In this document: one piece after another, positions 44,051 through 58,863 of the stretch
Layout: every line of letters starts with the position of its first letter
Numbering within the stretch: the first letter of the stretch is position 1
Source: Eledone cirrhosa
Taxonomy: Eukaryota
DNA length: 64,000 nt
Assembly (NCBI GenBank): GCA_964016885.1
Contig: OZ024746.1
Location: 74,896,001-74,960,000 of the forward strand
Direction: 5' to 3'
Position numbers and translations under genes: made by a program
Notes under the pieces: generated by a model
Databases searched by the model: none
Seen by the model: only the letters and a program-made list of their open reading frames with translations
What the model was told of the DNA's origin: nothing

Positions 44051-44273
44051 GTATGATGCTCGGATATCGCTTTTCAAGCCTGTTAGAGATTTGAACTCCT
44101 TCTCACATTGACGACAACTATAGATCTCTCTGGCCTCAGGCCTGCATCAGGTTGCCTGTGAACCTTCACAATACCGTGGAGATCATAGTTCACTGGTTCT
44201 CTTTGAACATGGCTGCGACTGTGGTGCCTGAGACTAGATTTGCTCAAATTTTTCCACACTTAGGGCACATAAG
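44051..44273 (-). pseudogene. Two decayed C2H2 zinc-finger motifs (RTE-type C-terminal fingers or a ZNF relic)
   Basis: Minus strand: LMCPKCGKI*A../LRHHSRSH and YSCRQCEKEFKSLTGLKSDIRASY; contains a stop and a frameshift. Confidence 0.55.
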
Positions 44274-44739
44274 ACAGCTTGACATATTGAAAATTGCGGC
44301 AGGTAAACCCAGCCATACAATACCAAAACAACGAATAAACTAATCAGGTTAAACAACTGACCTGGATATATCGAACAATATTTTGCAATACGTTTGATAG
44401 GTTTCTATGAATCCGAAATCATCCATCCAGCTTACGTAATATACAAGCCTGAGGATTCATGTCGTCAACAGGAAATTTTGTTCTATCCCTCAGGCTGGTG
44501 TGGACTGGAACACTGAACTGCTATCGTTTCACTGTCATGGGTTATTTCCAACAAGGGAAGTAACCCCCGGTTTTTGGCAGGTAAATTCAAAGTGTGAACA
44601 AAGGAATTCAATTCCGTTCCGCATTCCGAATGAAAAGCTCCCAACTAGATGTTATTAAACAAACATAAATAATTAACCAATCAATGGAATTGTCTAATTA
44701 AATTAATTAGTTAATCAATATATATATACATATATATAT

Positions 44740-45082
44740 GGAGACACATGGCTTAGTGGTTAGAGCATTGGCCTTGCAATCGAAAGGTTGTGAGTTCAAT
44801 TCTCAGACCGGGTGATGTGTTGTTTCCTTGAGCAAGACACTTTATTTCACATTGTTCCAGTTTACTCAGCTGTAGAAATGAGATGATAGGGACTGGGGTC
44901 CCTATCATTCCACTGTAAAGTGGACATGGAGGTGCCATGGTAAAAAAGCACCCAGCACTCACTGTAAATGAGGTTGGTGTTAGGAAGGGCATCCAGCTGT
45001 AGAAATCAAGCCAGAATCAGTTCCCGTCCCACCCTTGCAAGCAGGGAAAAGCGGAAGTAAAAATGAAATGATGAATGATGAT
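44740..45082 (+). mobile_element. SINE B, full length
   Basis: As above, with tail cccacccttgcaagcagggaaaagcgg; inserted in TA. Confidence 0.9.
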
Positions 45083-45100
45083 ATATATATATATATATAT

Positions 45101-45328
45101 AACAAAGGAAGTGTAAGGGTAAGGAACCAGATGGACCATAATGCACCAGAATACTCAATACTTAGAGTAGTAGAGTGGGTAATAGGAAAATGTTCAGGAC
45201 CCCGACGGCAGAGCCCAAGCCGTTTCGACAGCTATTTCTGGACGGCTATTTCTGGACCGCTATTTCAGTGGAGAAATAGCTGTGGAAATGGCTTGAGCTC
45301 TGCCATCAGTGTCTTGAACTATTTCCTT
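45101..45328 (+). mobile_element. TA-embedded repeat family with internal inverted repeat of about 55 bp (other copies 28541-28692 -, 43362-43512 +, 3690-3748 +)
   Basis: Shared motif tactcaatactt(a/g)g(a/g)gtagtagagtgggtaat. Inverted arms at about 45185-45239 and 45273-45327. Confidence 0.6.
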
Positions 45329-45376
<48 letters not shown>

Positions 45377-46713
45377 AACGCACATGAAGAAACAAATAAC
45401 ATCAAAACAGCAGAAATAGTAACAGGGATGAAGTGATGTTGACTCTTAAATATAAGAGATCAACATGTATAATAAATCTCACAGTAGACACATACTTTAA
45501 TGATGTGTTTGTGTGTGAAGAGAGAGGCAGTCCTGGATGAGGTGGATGTGTTCCTGTGGGTGTATCTGTTAGTGCGTGTATGCAGGTGTTTGTGTGTGTG
45601 TGTGTGTATGTGCCAGAAGGTCTGGGTGAAGGAGGAGAAGTGGATTTGTGTGTATGTGTATGTATGTGTGTGTGAATGCCAGCAGGAGGAAGAGAAGCTA
45701 TTAAGTTACTCTATCAAACTTAGATTAACACTTAGCAGCACACCACACTGTGGGGCTAGGGGCTTGGGTGGTTTGAGTATGTAGTGGAACTAAATGTAAG
45801 AGATAGTGAGCATCATAGAGATGTGGTTGTGGTGGGAGGGGGGAAAATGTGGGGGAGTGATATTTCTGCTTCATTTCTTTCCCCCCCTTTTAGCCATCAT
45901 TCCCCCACCAGCCCCTTCTCTGCCTCCTCCTTCTCCTTCTCCGCCTGTTTTCTTCCTGATGGTGTTAGTAATGGTGGCAGCCACCACTGCCGTGGTGTGG
46001 GAAGGGGGGGTGCTTGTGTAGGTGGCTGTTGTAGTGGAGGTGATGGCTAATGGTAGCAGTCCCTACTGTAGTGGTAGTGGGGGTGGTAGGGGAGGGGGGT
46101 ACTTGTGTAGGTGGCTGTTGTGGTGGAAGTGGTGATTAATGGTAGCAGTCCCTACTGCAGTAATGGTGGTTGTGGTGGTGGTAGTGGTGGTGTTGGTGGT
46201 GGTGCCAGGGGAGGGGGATGTTGCTATGGAGGTGATCATGTTTGATGTGAGATAGTGGTGGTGGTGCTGGTGATGATTATGATGTGGTGGTTATGCTAGT
46301 AGAAGTGGTGGTGGTTGTGATGAAGTTACCATAACCAATCCCATAAATAACCTTGTAGAAGTAGAAAAGTAAAGATACCAAAAATACATAATAATAATAA
46401 TAATATGTTATTTCTGCAACAGTTGGGTATTGAATCACTCAAAACTGTTCACTTTAAAAAATATATATTTTTGTTTTTAATTCATATATTTAATTAGAAA
46501 TAGAAGCATTTGCCATATTCTTCACTACCATTACACTACTAATGGTAGCACAGTGGTCCGTCTAACCAAAGATGTGGGCTCGACTCCCATGTTCATCAAT
46601 ACTCATCTTTTTCCATTTCTTAGAGTGTTCTAAACCCCACTATCAGGCTAAAATTTCTTTAGTCAAGAAATATGGTGAAAGCTTTTATTTCTATTATATA
46701 CATACATATATAT

Positions 46714-47059
46714 ATCATCATTTCATTATCATTTCATTTTACGTCCGCTTTTCCCTGCTTGCAAGGGTGGGACGGGAACTGATTCTGGCTTGATTTCTAC
46801 AGCTGGATGCGCTTCCTAACACCAACCTCATTTACAGTGCGTGCTGGGTGCTTTTTTGCCATGGCACCTCCATGACCACTTTGCAGTGGAATGATAGGGA
46901 CCCCAGTCCCTATCATCTCATTTCTACAGCTGAGTAAACTGGAGCAATGTGAAATAAAGTGTCTTGCTCAAGGAAACAACACATCACCCAGTCTGAGAAT
47001 TGAACTCACAACCTTTCGATTGCAAGACTAATGCTCTAACCACTAAGCCATGTGCCTCC
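46714..47059 (-). mobile_element. SINE B, full length
   Basis: Close reverse complement of 44740-45082. Confidence 0.9.
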
Positions 47060-47712
47060 ATATATATATACACATATATATATACACACATATATATACA
47101 CATATATAATAAGGAGTTGACGGACCCAACATATTTATCAATGCCAGGACTAGTTGTATCTCAACGTACTCAATAGGTAATGTAGAATACATTCCCAGAG
47201 TATACACATAGTTATTCACTTCAATGCAACACACGTAAACGGGTGCCTATAGTAGTTCCCGGACTCGAGTTTCAGCCACACTAGTTTCAACGGGTTTCAA
47301 TTATTGAATATTAGCCATTTTGGGGCATTGAGTCACCTTCAAGCATTTTTGTTATCCATATCTAGCCTAGTTTCAATCTAAATCGCTGACTTTTTTAATT
47401 ATTGTTACTTCTACTTCATATATTAGAATATTTTGGGAATTTTTTAGTATAATTCTCTTACTTGATTTAATTATCTATTGAACTGTGGTATGTTGGGCTA
47501 CACACAGCCTCAAGAGTTTCAACTGTTTATGTTCAACACTTATTATTTTATTTTGTTGGTCAGACCCTGTGCAACCCCAGGACCTATTTCAAACTGGCCC
47601 TTATTTTATGACTTGTGCCTAAGGTTAGCGTTTTTCCCTCCTACACAATACTAGCTTTAAGTATCTGTTTTTATTTTTAATAAATATTTTATTTTATTTT
47701 GTTATCTTTCAG

Positions 47713-48335
47713 GACTACCCGGGGATGAAAACATCGACAAAGAATTAGAAGATGAACTTGATAGAAAAAACCTTGAAGATATTAAGGAAGAGGTGCTTCC
47801 AACGCCACCTGCTCATAGCTCTAACCACGAAGAAAGGGAGAGTGACTTTCATGAAGAATCCAGTGCAAGCTCACCACAACAGAATTCATTTTCATCAACG
47901 TTTAAAGAACCATTGTGTGAAAATGTCCAAATAAAAACTGAACAAACTTGTAATAATTCTTGCTATGGACTATCTTCAAAAGAGGAACCCTCTGCCTTGT
48001 CCTCACCACCACCACCTCCACCACCTCCTCCTCCATTACCATCATCGCTGTCAGCATTGTCATCAGCATCAGCGATCTCCACATCATCGACTTCATCATC
48101 ATCACCACCATCACTACCACCACCACCACCATCATCGTCATCATCATCATCTTCAGTAATATTGTCATCATCGGTGTCTGTCACGTCTCCAAAGTGTGAA
48201 ATCCTTCGACTAGTTAAAGGTGCTGGAGATGATTTACAAGTATGTTGCACCATTCCATTGCCTAAGAACAGTTGTTTGGGACCATTCTGTGGAGAAACAG
48301 CTAGCAATGAAGAGTCTTGTGATACATTGCTTGAG
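47713..48335 (+). CDS. Internal coding exon (623 nt) of a probable PR/SET-like domain transcriptional regulator (FOG/ZFPM-like or PRDM-like)
   Basis: Polypyrimidine tract and acceptor ttatctttcAG at 47711-12; donor GAG|gtaagt at 48336. Open frame from 47715 (phase 1 in, phase 0 out): LPGDENIDKELEDELDRKNLEDIKEEVLPTPP...poly-P/S...EILRLVKGAGDDLQVCCTIPLPKNSCLGPFCGE...LLE. The 'V....LP.....GPF.G' pattern matches the start of PR domains (from memory). Confidence 0.8.
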
Positions 48336-50716
48336 GTAAGTTTTCTTTTCTACTTTCTTCTGCACTCTTAGTTCTAGTTACTATTACATATTTATTAGGC
48401 GGTGGATTTAGCAGAGTTGCTAGAGCCTCAGACAAATGCTTATTTTTAATTGTTCAGATCTTTAGGTTCTGAGGTCAAATCTTGTCATGGTCAACTTTGC
48501 TGTCTATCCTTCTGAAGTTGATAAAAAAAGGTACCAGTTAAGTACTGGGGGTCAATATAATTGACTTTCCTCTTCCCCCAAATTCTTGGCTTGGTGCCGG
48601 TATTAGAATAGAAGAATTATTGCATATTTATTGATATGTCTTTTATGTGAATGTTGCGACCACCTTTTTACTCAATCTTTCAGTGTTCCTTGTTGTTTTC
48701 CCATGTATTTTACTCTGTAAATTGATAGAAAACAAGAAAACAGACATTAAATGATGATGTTGATGTTGATAAGGACAATACTCTCCCCAATGTCTTGAGT
48801 TGAACCTTTATGGACAATAACATGTGACTAATATTATTTAGTCTGAAAATAAGTTGCCTTTTGGCATATCATCATCATCATCATCATCATCATCATATTT
48901 TAAAATTCCTTTTCTTTCCCAACTAAGATTTTCCCTTGTGTTTTGAGCTCTGCATGTGTATCTCCCTATATGGTTGAGAGAGAGAGAGAGGGGGAGGGAG
49001 AGATTTTTAACTAGTTTGTTTGAATTAATTACAGAGTCTCAACACGTTAATAAATGAAACTAAATTAGGTTCAAGATACAGTCTCCGAAAGAAAATAATG
49101 AGCTAGAGATTATTCTTAAAAAAAAAAAAAAATTAAATAAATAGAAGTACACACATACAAACACATATACACAAACGTAGAGAGGAACACATAGGCATAC
49201 ATACAGACACATAGAGGCACACACAGGCACACAAAATTCTGGTAACTAAATAAAAGACTATTGTGTAATCACCATTTTTAAGATTTCCTTCATAGTAGAT
49301 AAGATAAATACAGGGTTACTTGTGTAGCTTCCATCAGCTTTTATGAATTCTTTTCTTTTCCTTCACGATGGTGTTTGTCTTCTTCATTTTTTTTTAATTC
49401 TTTTTCTGCTTCTTCTTCTTCTTCTTTGTCTTCTCGTTGTTGTTGTGGTTGTGGCTTTGTTTTTATATTCAGATAATGAAATAGAAATAAGCTCCAGATA
49501 AAACAAGACTAATTCAATAAACACCTTCACTATATCTATCTGATCTCAGGCTCTGGATGACTGGTTAGATTGTCGTATATATATATATATTTTTTAGTTT
49601 TTTAGCGTGTGTATATGTATGAATGGGTCTGTATATATATATATATATATATGTAGGTGTATGTATATATGTATGTATGTATATTGGTATGTATATGTTT
49701 GTGTGTACATGAATGTGTTTGTTTATAAAATGACAAAAGATAGATACACAAACAGAAACACACACAACATTGTGCAAATATGATTTAGTTTGCAAAAGTC
49801 AGATTTTAAAAGTTGCAGTGTTTTGTATGTACTACAGAGATTTTTATGGGTTTTTACCCTTTTCTAATTAAATATTTCACATCATCATGGTAACATGTCT
49901 TCGTTTGGGCAGCTTGGGTTACAATTAAAGTTATGAAATACACAAAAGACAGCTTGATATGATTGGTATCCCTCATTCGTGATTTTCTTCACATTATATA
50001 CCATAAATATTTGTTGATTCTGTCTTTAATGTTGCATATATGTGATGAATTACATAATTATTATCACTTACTGATTGTTAAATTTGCATGTATAGGCACA
50101 TGGCTTTGTGGTTAGGCTGTTCACCAAATCATCATTAGGTTGTGAGTTTGATTCATGGTGGAGTGTTGTGTCCTTGAGCAAGACACCACCACTACCACCA
50201 CTACCACCACCACCACCACCACCACTAACACTATAACTACTATCACCACCACTATAACTACTACTACCACCACCATCACCACCAATACTATAATTACTAC
50301 TGCCACCACCACTATAACCACTACCACCACCAACACCACCAATACTATCACCACTACCACCACCACCGCCAATACCACTACCACTACCAATACTATAATT
50401 ACTACCACCACCACCACCAATACTATAACCACCACTACTATACATTCCACCAGCACACTTAACCACAACCAATACTTTAACCAATTTCAAGTAACTTCAG
50501 TCCACTCAGCTGGCAAGAATGAGTTGTATCTGTAATCCTGTAATCCTGTAATTCTGTAATTCAAAGATTCACCCTTGTCTGAAGACTACACTAAGACTAC
50601 ACGTGTCTGTGGAACATTCAGCCACATGTACATTAATTTCACTAGTGCGTTGATCCATTGATTGAATCAACTGGAGGACTTAGTTGGGAGGACTGGTTCC
50701 AACAACCAGTGGCTGC

Positions 50717-50782
<66 letters not shown>

Positions 50783-51028
50783 TCATCGTTTTAATGTCCA
50801 CTGTTGGAACTAATGGCTGCTACTATATCATCATCATCATCACCACTTAACGTCCATTTTTCCGATGCTTGCATGGGTCAGATGGGTTGTTCATGTCAAG
50901 AGACAAGTCTGGCCAGGGTTGGCCACACCATACTTTGCTCTGATGGGACTGTAAATTTGGTCGGAGTTTTTACAGCTGGATACCCTTCCTAACACCAACC
51001 ACATTTACAGTGAATATATATATATATA

Positions 51029-51150
51029 TCCAGAAAAACCTGGGACGAGCTGATAAACTCCGACCTCACACAGTTACACCTCACCAAGACAATGTCACTG
51101 GACCGAGACCTTTGGCGGTACTCAGTAATAGAGAAGACCCGCCTTACCTA
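51029..51150 (+). mobile_element. RTE LINE 3' fragment, second family
   Basis: Translates RKTWDELINSDLTQLHLTKTMSLDRDLWRYSVIEKTRLT, collinear with the end of the 43.5-kb RTE. Confidence 0.7.
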
Positions 51151-53251
51151 AATACAAAGTAAAACCTACTACAGTCAGTAGGCATCTCTAACAAAATACA
51201 CCCCCCCCCCAATCCACACCGCCCCCTTCTATGTAAAGTTGTGTTGGTGCCACGCCATCCAGGCCGAAACAAATGAGATCGTGTAGGTGTCACGACAAAA
51301 AAACACACAGTCCACGCTGTAATGTGGCCGTGTAGGCAACACGGTAAAAACCTCCCAGCCCCACACTGTAAATGTGGTTGGTGTTAGGAAGGGCATCCAA
51401 CTGTAGAAAACCTGCCAGACAGTCCTATGCGAGCAAGACAATCACTCTTGCCTCAAGTGGGAATACCCCCGTCCAAACCCATGCAAGCGTGGAACACGGA
51501 CGTTAAACGATGATGATGATGATGATGATGATAGAAGCAGAAGCATAATCTAGATGATCATGTTCACATTATATACTTTATAACATACAAGTTGCCTGTA
51601 TACATTTATTGCTGTATGTATATTGTGAATTACATCATTATTGTCCCTTACTGATGGTCAAAGCTAGAGAGGGTTGTCAGATTAGGTGACAAGTACCAGA
51701 TCATTCCACCATTCATGACTGCATAACTTCATTAACATTTACAACAATCTTTTATTTGATTCTTTTTGTATTTCAGCTATTTTTGTTTTGTTTTGTATTC
51801 ATTTTCCTTTTCTTCTTCTTCTTTTTTCGGTTTTCTTTTTTTTTTTTATTGATCTTTAATTCTCCAGTTGCTCCTTGGAGAATTAGACAGGGTTAACTGA
51901 CTTACCTATAGTATACTGTGGTTCCCTATATTTTTACAACCTTATTTTGTATCTTAGAAAGGAATTTTTAATAGTTTATGTTGTTGTTGCTGTGGTCGTT
52001 GTTTATCCTCCTAGATCAGCCTCACTTAAACAGATGTACAATTAAATGTATTCCAGCCTTTGCAAAGAGAACGTCTTAACCACTGAGCCATGCTACATCC
52101 AATTAGTACCTACACACACACACACACTTAAAGGTATAATGTAAGTCAACATTATCCTGCATAAACATGATTTTCCCCGTTTAAGATAAGGACGGGTTAT
52201 TTAACTCCTTTCGAACCAAACCACTTCAAACCACTTCTGATTCTATGACAAAACTGTTTATATTTATATGAAAACCTTCCATTATAATTTTCTGTATGGG
52301 CCTTTATTAAACATCCATTCATCATCATCATCATCATCATCGTTTAACGTCCGTGTTCCACGCTTGCATGGGTTTGGACGGGAGTTTTCCCACTTGAGGC
52401 AAGAGTGGTTGTCTTGCTCGCATAGGACTGTCTGGCGGGTTTTCTACAGCTGGATGCCCTTCCTAACACCAACCACATTTACAGTGTGGGGGCTGGGAGG
52501 TTTTTACCATGTTGCCTACATGGCCACATTACAGCGTGGACTGTGTGTTTTTTTGTTGTGACACCTACATGATTCAATAATTAGAAAGTTAGTTATATTT
52601 GTAAATCTTTTCAAATTTTTTATTATTTTCAAAATTATTTCACTATCATAAAATCATACTGTTGGACTATGCCAAGAGTGGATACTGACACCTCTCCTGT
52701 TCCTAACTTCATGAGCAGGATAGACATGTGAAAGCCTGGCTGGAAGTGGTATCATGATCAGTGGGTCTAGGATCAATCAGCTGAAATGATTGGTGGGTCT
52801 AGGATCAATCTAGACAACATGGTAGTAATTAAATCATCAGAAGATGATCTCTGACAAGCACTAGATAGGTTTGCTGTCAAGTGCTGCCGCGAGTCTAAAC
52901 CACAACAATAAAAACAACAGCCCCACCTCGATTATCTACACACATTATACACACATTATTTTCCTTATATATTAATTCTTCAAATCGTGGATCACACAAA
53001 ACTCCATTAGAAGACATTCTTGAAAAGTACCAAACAGCGCTATGACTACTTCAAATAAAAAATTAAGTCTTTACTCTAGCATTGCACATTTTTACAACAG
53101 TCTGCCTACTAGTAAAGATATTATAACCCTTTTAAAGATATTTTCTGCTAAATAATTACTGTATGTTAAACCCTTTAGTCTAAGTTTCTTTCTTTTGAAC
53201 TTCCTTCCAATTTCAGTCACTCTTTCTCTCTTTCTCTCTCATATATATATA

Positions 53252-53820
53252 TCTATATATATATAAAACTGAGGATGTCTGTCTGTGTGTGTGTGTGAGT
53301 TAAAATCCCTAAAACTAGAGAAATGTTTTCAAACTTTACACATGTAATACTTATGTTTCAGGGAGTGTTCTGAGCAAAAGAAAATTCAAATTTTCAATGC
53401 CCGCATTAGGCGATTTAGAGATCTCTCTCTATAATTCTTAGTCTTTCTCTTTTTAGATAGATACATACATATAACGTCGCGCCCTAATAATATCTGTCTC
53501 TATGTCTGGCTATCTGCATTACGTCACTTCCTACAATTCGCTCTGTGTCCAAAACGCGCCCTTATAATATGTCTGTATGTCTGGCTGTCTGCTGCATCCG
53601 GTTATTCTGCCACCCTTGCTCAAGACAAATCTCACGCTCATTCCCCAAACAGTTGGTAAGTGCACACAACTTCCTCACGTTTTAAGCCAGTGTTGCTTAC
53701 TTACGTACCACCAGACCCTTGCTTCTTTGCCAGCCGTGGCTGTGGCAATACTAAGCTTAGCTAAGGCGGTTATATATTTCACAATACCTTATCCCGTGCA
53801 ACGCCGGGTACCACTGCTAG
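53252..53820 (+). mobile_element. Non-autonomous Helitron
   Basis: A|TCTATATATATATAAAA...gtctgtctgtgtgt 5' end; 3' hairpin cccg-tgcaacgc-cggg (53793-53808) then CTAG|T. AT target, no TSD. Confidence 0.85.
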
Positions 53821-55736
53821 TATATAATATAGGGCTAAAGCTTGATACATTGAACTTTCTTTTTCTCTACCTTTCATTTAAGCATGAACCTAATAACATT
53901 AATTGTTTTGCATTTCTGTATTTAACTTTTTTTTAAATATATATATATATATGTATAAGTTTGGCATTAGGAAGGGCATCCAGCTGTAGAAATTGAGCCC
54001 AAATTAGTTCTGTATGAGCAATTCATGGTCACCTGACCTGGCATTACCCACAACAGCACAACTCGTCTAACCCATGCTAGCGTGGAAAAATGGACATAAA
54101 ACGGTGAAGATGATGATATATATATATATATATATATATCTTTCTGTCACTTTCTTGTTTTTTAGTTTAAGGATATATTCATACCACCACTTTCATATCA
54201 TACAATCTTTCTTTCTCTCTTAGTTTACCCATTATGGAATGAAGTGATATTGAGATTCACCAGAATGTTGCCTATTACCATTATTTATTTATTTGTTATT
54301 ATTTTTACTATTATTATTATCGTTATCATTATCATTATCATTATTATAAAAATTATTATAACATTTACAGAAAGAATTTATCACACGGAAATAAGAGAAA
54401 TTAGAATTGTAAAATACAAAAACAATTTAAAGCCAAGAAAAACCAAGAAATGATACACAAACAATAAACAATTGCATACTACTTAGCAGCTTAAATTGCA
54501 TACTATTTAGCAGCTTAAATCAACCTATTTTATATTTTACCCTTATCATATTTTTCAGTTATAGAGAAAGGAAGATGTTTATATAAATATATATATTATA
54601 TATTCATATATGTCTATGTGAGTGTATATATGTGTGTAAATATATATATATATATTGTGTTTGTGTGTGTGCAGTAGTTATATTTTCTACAGTGATTAAC
54701 TTATGAATTTAATCATCTGATTGCATTAAAGATTTTTCTAGTTATGCTGGAAATATGTTCTAATGATTAGGAAATACATTATCTCCCCTTTTCTCCTGTT
54801 CTCCACTTCTTCCCACCATTCTCCCATTCTGTCTGTCTGTCTCAATTTCTCCACTCATTTCACTCTCTCCTTCATTCTCTTATCTTTATCTCTATCTTGT
54901 CCTCTAATAAGCATACATCTTCATTCTTTATCTACCCCCCCCCCCTCTCTTTCCCTCTCTTTCTCTCTCATTTGCCCCTTTACTCTCCTTATCTCTCTGT
55001 TTTGCACTCTCATTTGTTCCTATCACATTCTCTCAGTCTCTTTTCTCTCCTCACCCCCTCTCTCTCCTATCTCTATTCCTTCCTCTCTCATAAGCATGCA
55101 TAAGCTCTCTCTCCTTCTCACCTTTCACTCTTTATATATATATCACTCTCTAATTATGTCTCTCTCACTCTTTATCTTTCTCCATTTCACTCTGTTTCAC
55201 TTTCTTTTACTTTCCACACTATTCCCACACCACACTATCTCTCCCCTTTTCTCTCTATCTCCCCTACTCTCTCGTTCCCCTTCTCTCTCTCTCCCCTTTC
55301 ATTTCTTAATATTTCTTAATATCTCTCTATCTCACTCTCTCATTAACATACACTTTCTCTCAATATCTTTTGTCTCCTCTAGATTTCTCAGTGTTATATG
55401 ATTTCAATTTGAAAATAAATAAATAAATAAAATCAAACATAAATAAAAATAACAAAAAATATCAAAAAAATCTTTGATTTCGATAATTCCAAAATGGATA
55501 TATATTCCTTTATTAATTTCTCATCTTAAAAACTTAGTTGCTTGATAAGAATCTTGTTATTTGAAATAGTTAAGAAATACAAATATCAGCAAAGAATAGT
55601 TATCTAAAGAGAATCTGGAGCATTAAAACAAAAGGCTGGCAATAGGATTATAATACATACAGGGGAGTTCATACAGAAAATATGTATTTCTCTTTACAAT
55701 TATATGTATGTATGTGTGTCTCTGTGTATCTACGTC

Positions 55737-55780
<44 letters not shown>

Positions 55781-56091
55781 TACATCTATATGTGTGTGTG
55801 TGTATGTATCTACATATATATACATATATACATATATATGTATATATATACATATATAAATCTGAGTGTGATTGTGTGTGTGTGTTCGCGATCAGGCTGC
55901 TTCATTGTTCCAACAACTAGTACCCTCCTCATCGAAACCACCTGAGATCCAACATATACATGTGCATACACATACATCCACACACAAATAGTCAAATAGC
56001 TACATATGCACCCACTCTCTTTTCTGTTATTAGACTATTTTCTGTAGTGAAAATACAATGAAAATACAGTGAAAGCTTTTAATTCAATTTT

Positions 56092-56134
<43 letters not shown>

Positions 56135-56455
56135 TACAGCTGATCAGTGGGTCTGCTAAGTCTGCTAATATGCAAATCAGAATGATCAGTCACTGTATAT
56201 TTCAGAAAATATTATATATTTTCACTAGCTCTGACAGTTGGCAGGTAAACCATATAGTGTACTAATGAAGGGTAATCACCCAGAAACATTAGCGTCTGCC
56301 ATTCTGTTTACATGTCAATACAAGAGTAAGAATGAGGGGGGGTCATTCTATTGACATGGCTTAAAAAGAGGCTGTTTGCATAATTGCAAACAAATCAAAT
56401 ATTATTAATATTCAAAAAACTAAACTCAGATTACATTTATTATATATATATAGAT

Positions 56456-57404
<949 letters not shown>

Positions 57405-57546
57405 ACTTTTATACTCTGCTATATATTGAGTAGCTTACTTACTGTGATTACCTCCGATTCAACCCGGAATAACTTATCTATATATATATATATATATATA
57501 CAGTATATATATAAGAAGAACACAAAGTAAGAAGGAAGTATCAATA

Positions 57547-57662
57547 TAACATCAATATGTTTATTCACACGTGACATGCGTTCTATGATCAATCAGCCCA
57601 AGGTACAATCAGTAGTGAGTAGACCCAACTCTGGAATCGATAGCTCATCAGATTTGTGGATA
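57547..57662 (-). mobile_element. H5 relic with CTGATGA core
   Basis: Homologous to 14391-14510; the GAAA box is degenerate. Confidence 0.5.
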
Positions 57663-57904
57663 CACTTCAATACATTATGTATATAAATGTGTGTGTGTGT
57701 GAATGCATGTTTGTTTGTGTCTGCATGTGTGTGTGCATATGTGTTTGTGTCTTCATATGTCATTGTATGCTTGGTATGCTGGTTATTCTTTTTTGTCTTT
57801 AATTATCTATTGCTAGTGTTAAAACAGGAAAGACTGGGAACTTTTGCTTGGTCATAAGGTACCACCAGAATGACATAAACGTCTGTAGCATCCCATAATA
57901 TGAG

Positions 57905-58405
57905 TTAAGATGAGATGATATAAGATTATTTAAGATAACATAACATAAGATGATATAAGATAAGATGAAATGAGATAAGATAAGATAAGATGAGATGATA
58001 TATGATAAGATAAAGAAAAGATAATATGTGATAAAATAACATAAGATAAGGTGAGATGATATAAGATGAGAAAAGATGAGATGATACAAGATAAGATGTT
58101 ATAAGATAAGATAGATAAGATGATATTATATAAGATAAGATAGATAAGATGATATTATATAAGATAAGATAGATAACATAAGATGATATAAGATATGATA
58201 AAATGATATAAGATGAGATGATATAACATAAGATGATATAATATGAGATGATATAACACATAAAATGATATAAGATAAAGTGATATAACATAAAATGATA
58301 TAAGATGATATAATATGAGATGATATACCAAAAGATGATATAAGATGATATACTATGAGGTGATATAAGAAAATGTCATATAAGATAAAAAAATGAAGTT
58401 ATATA
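57905..58405. repeat. Degenerate (ATAAG)n pentamer
   Basis: Direct inspection. Confidence 0.92.
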
Positions 58406-58408
58406 AGA

Positions 58409-58716
58409 CTAGACTAACCCGTGACCCAATGGGTGATGGGTTAGTCTAGTCGTTAGCTGTCTTAGTGTTTCTTTTCAGTTTATCTCGTTGGAATTAAACA
58501 TTTTCTCATATTGAAGCTGTTGGCTATTTATGAAGGTACCCGGCAAAACCCCGTATCTCAGGAACCCGTGCTCTGATTTACGTGAACATTGTTTTATTCC
58601 ACTTGTATTCCCATTTCAAGGGCAACTTCCTTTCAAAGTATTTTCCCAATGTGCGCCATTTTGGCTGTATTAAATTACAGACAAGCACACAATCACAAGA
58701 ATAAAAGAATACATAA

Positions 58717-58720
<4 letters not shown>
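58409..58720 (-). mobile_element. Possible second Helitron (3' end clear, 5' end uncertain within (GATA)n)
   Basis: GC-rich hairpin 58407-58451 ending CTAG|T on the minus strand; CpG-retaining body; TCTA repeat at the putative 5' end. Confidence 0.45.

Positions 58721-58803
<83 letters not shown>
58717..58803. repeat. (GATA)n
   Basis: Direct inspection. Confidence 0.97.
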
Positions 58804-58804
<1 letters not shown>

Positions 58805-58863
58805 GTTAACTTTGCCTTTCATCCTTACGGGGTTGATAAAATGAAATACCAGTAATGTACTGG

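Noticed and set aside
44740-44812. tRNA gene
   Set aside because: The A/B boxes belong to a SINE head repeated in several copies with a shared body; no clean acceptor stem or terminator.
47255-47300. Minus-strand GAAA-ctcgag-TC half hammerhead
   Set aside because: No upstream CTGANGA or stem I partner found.
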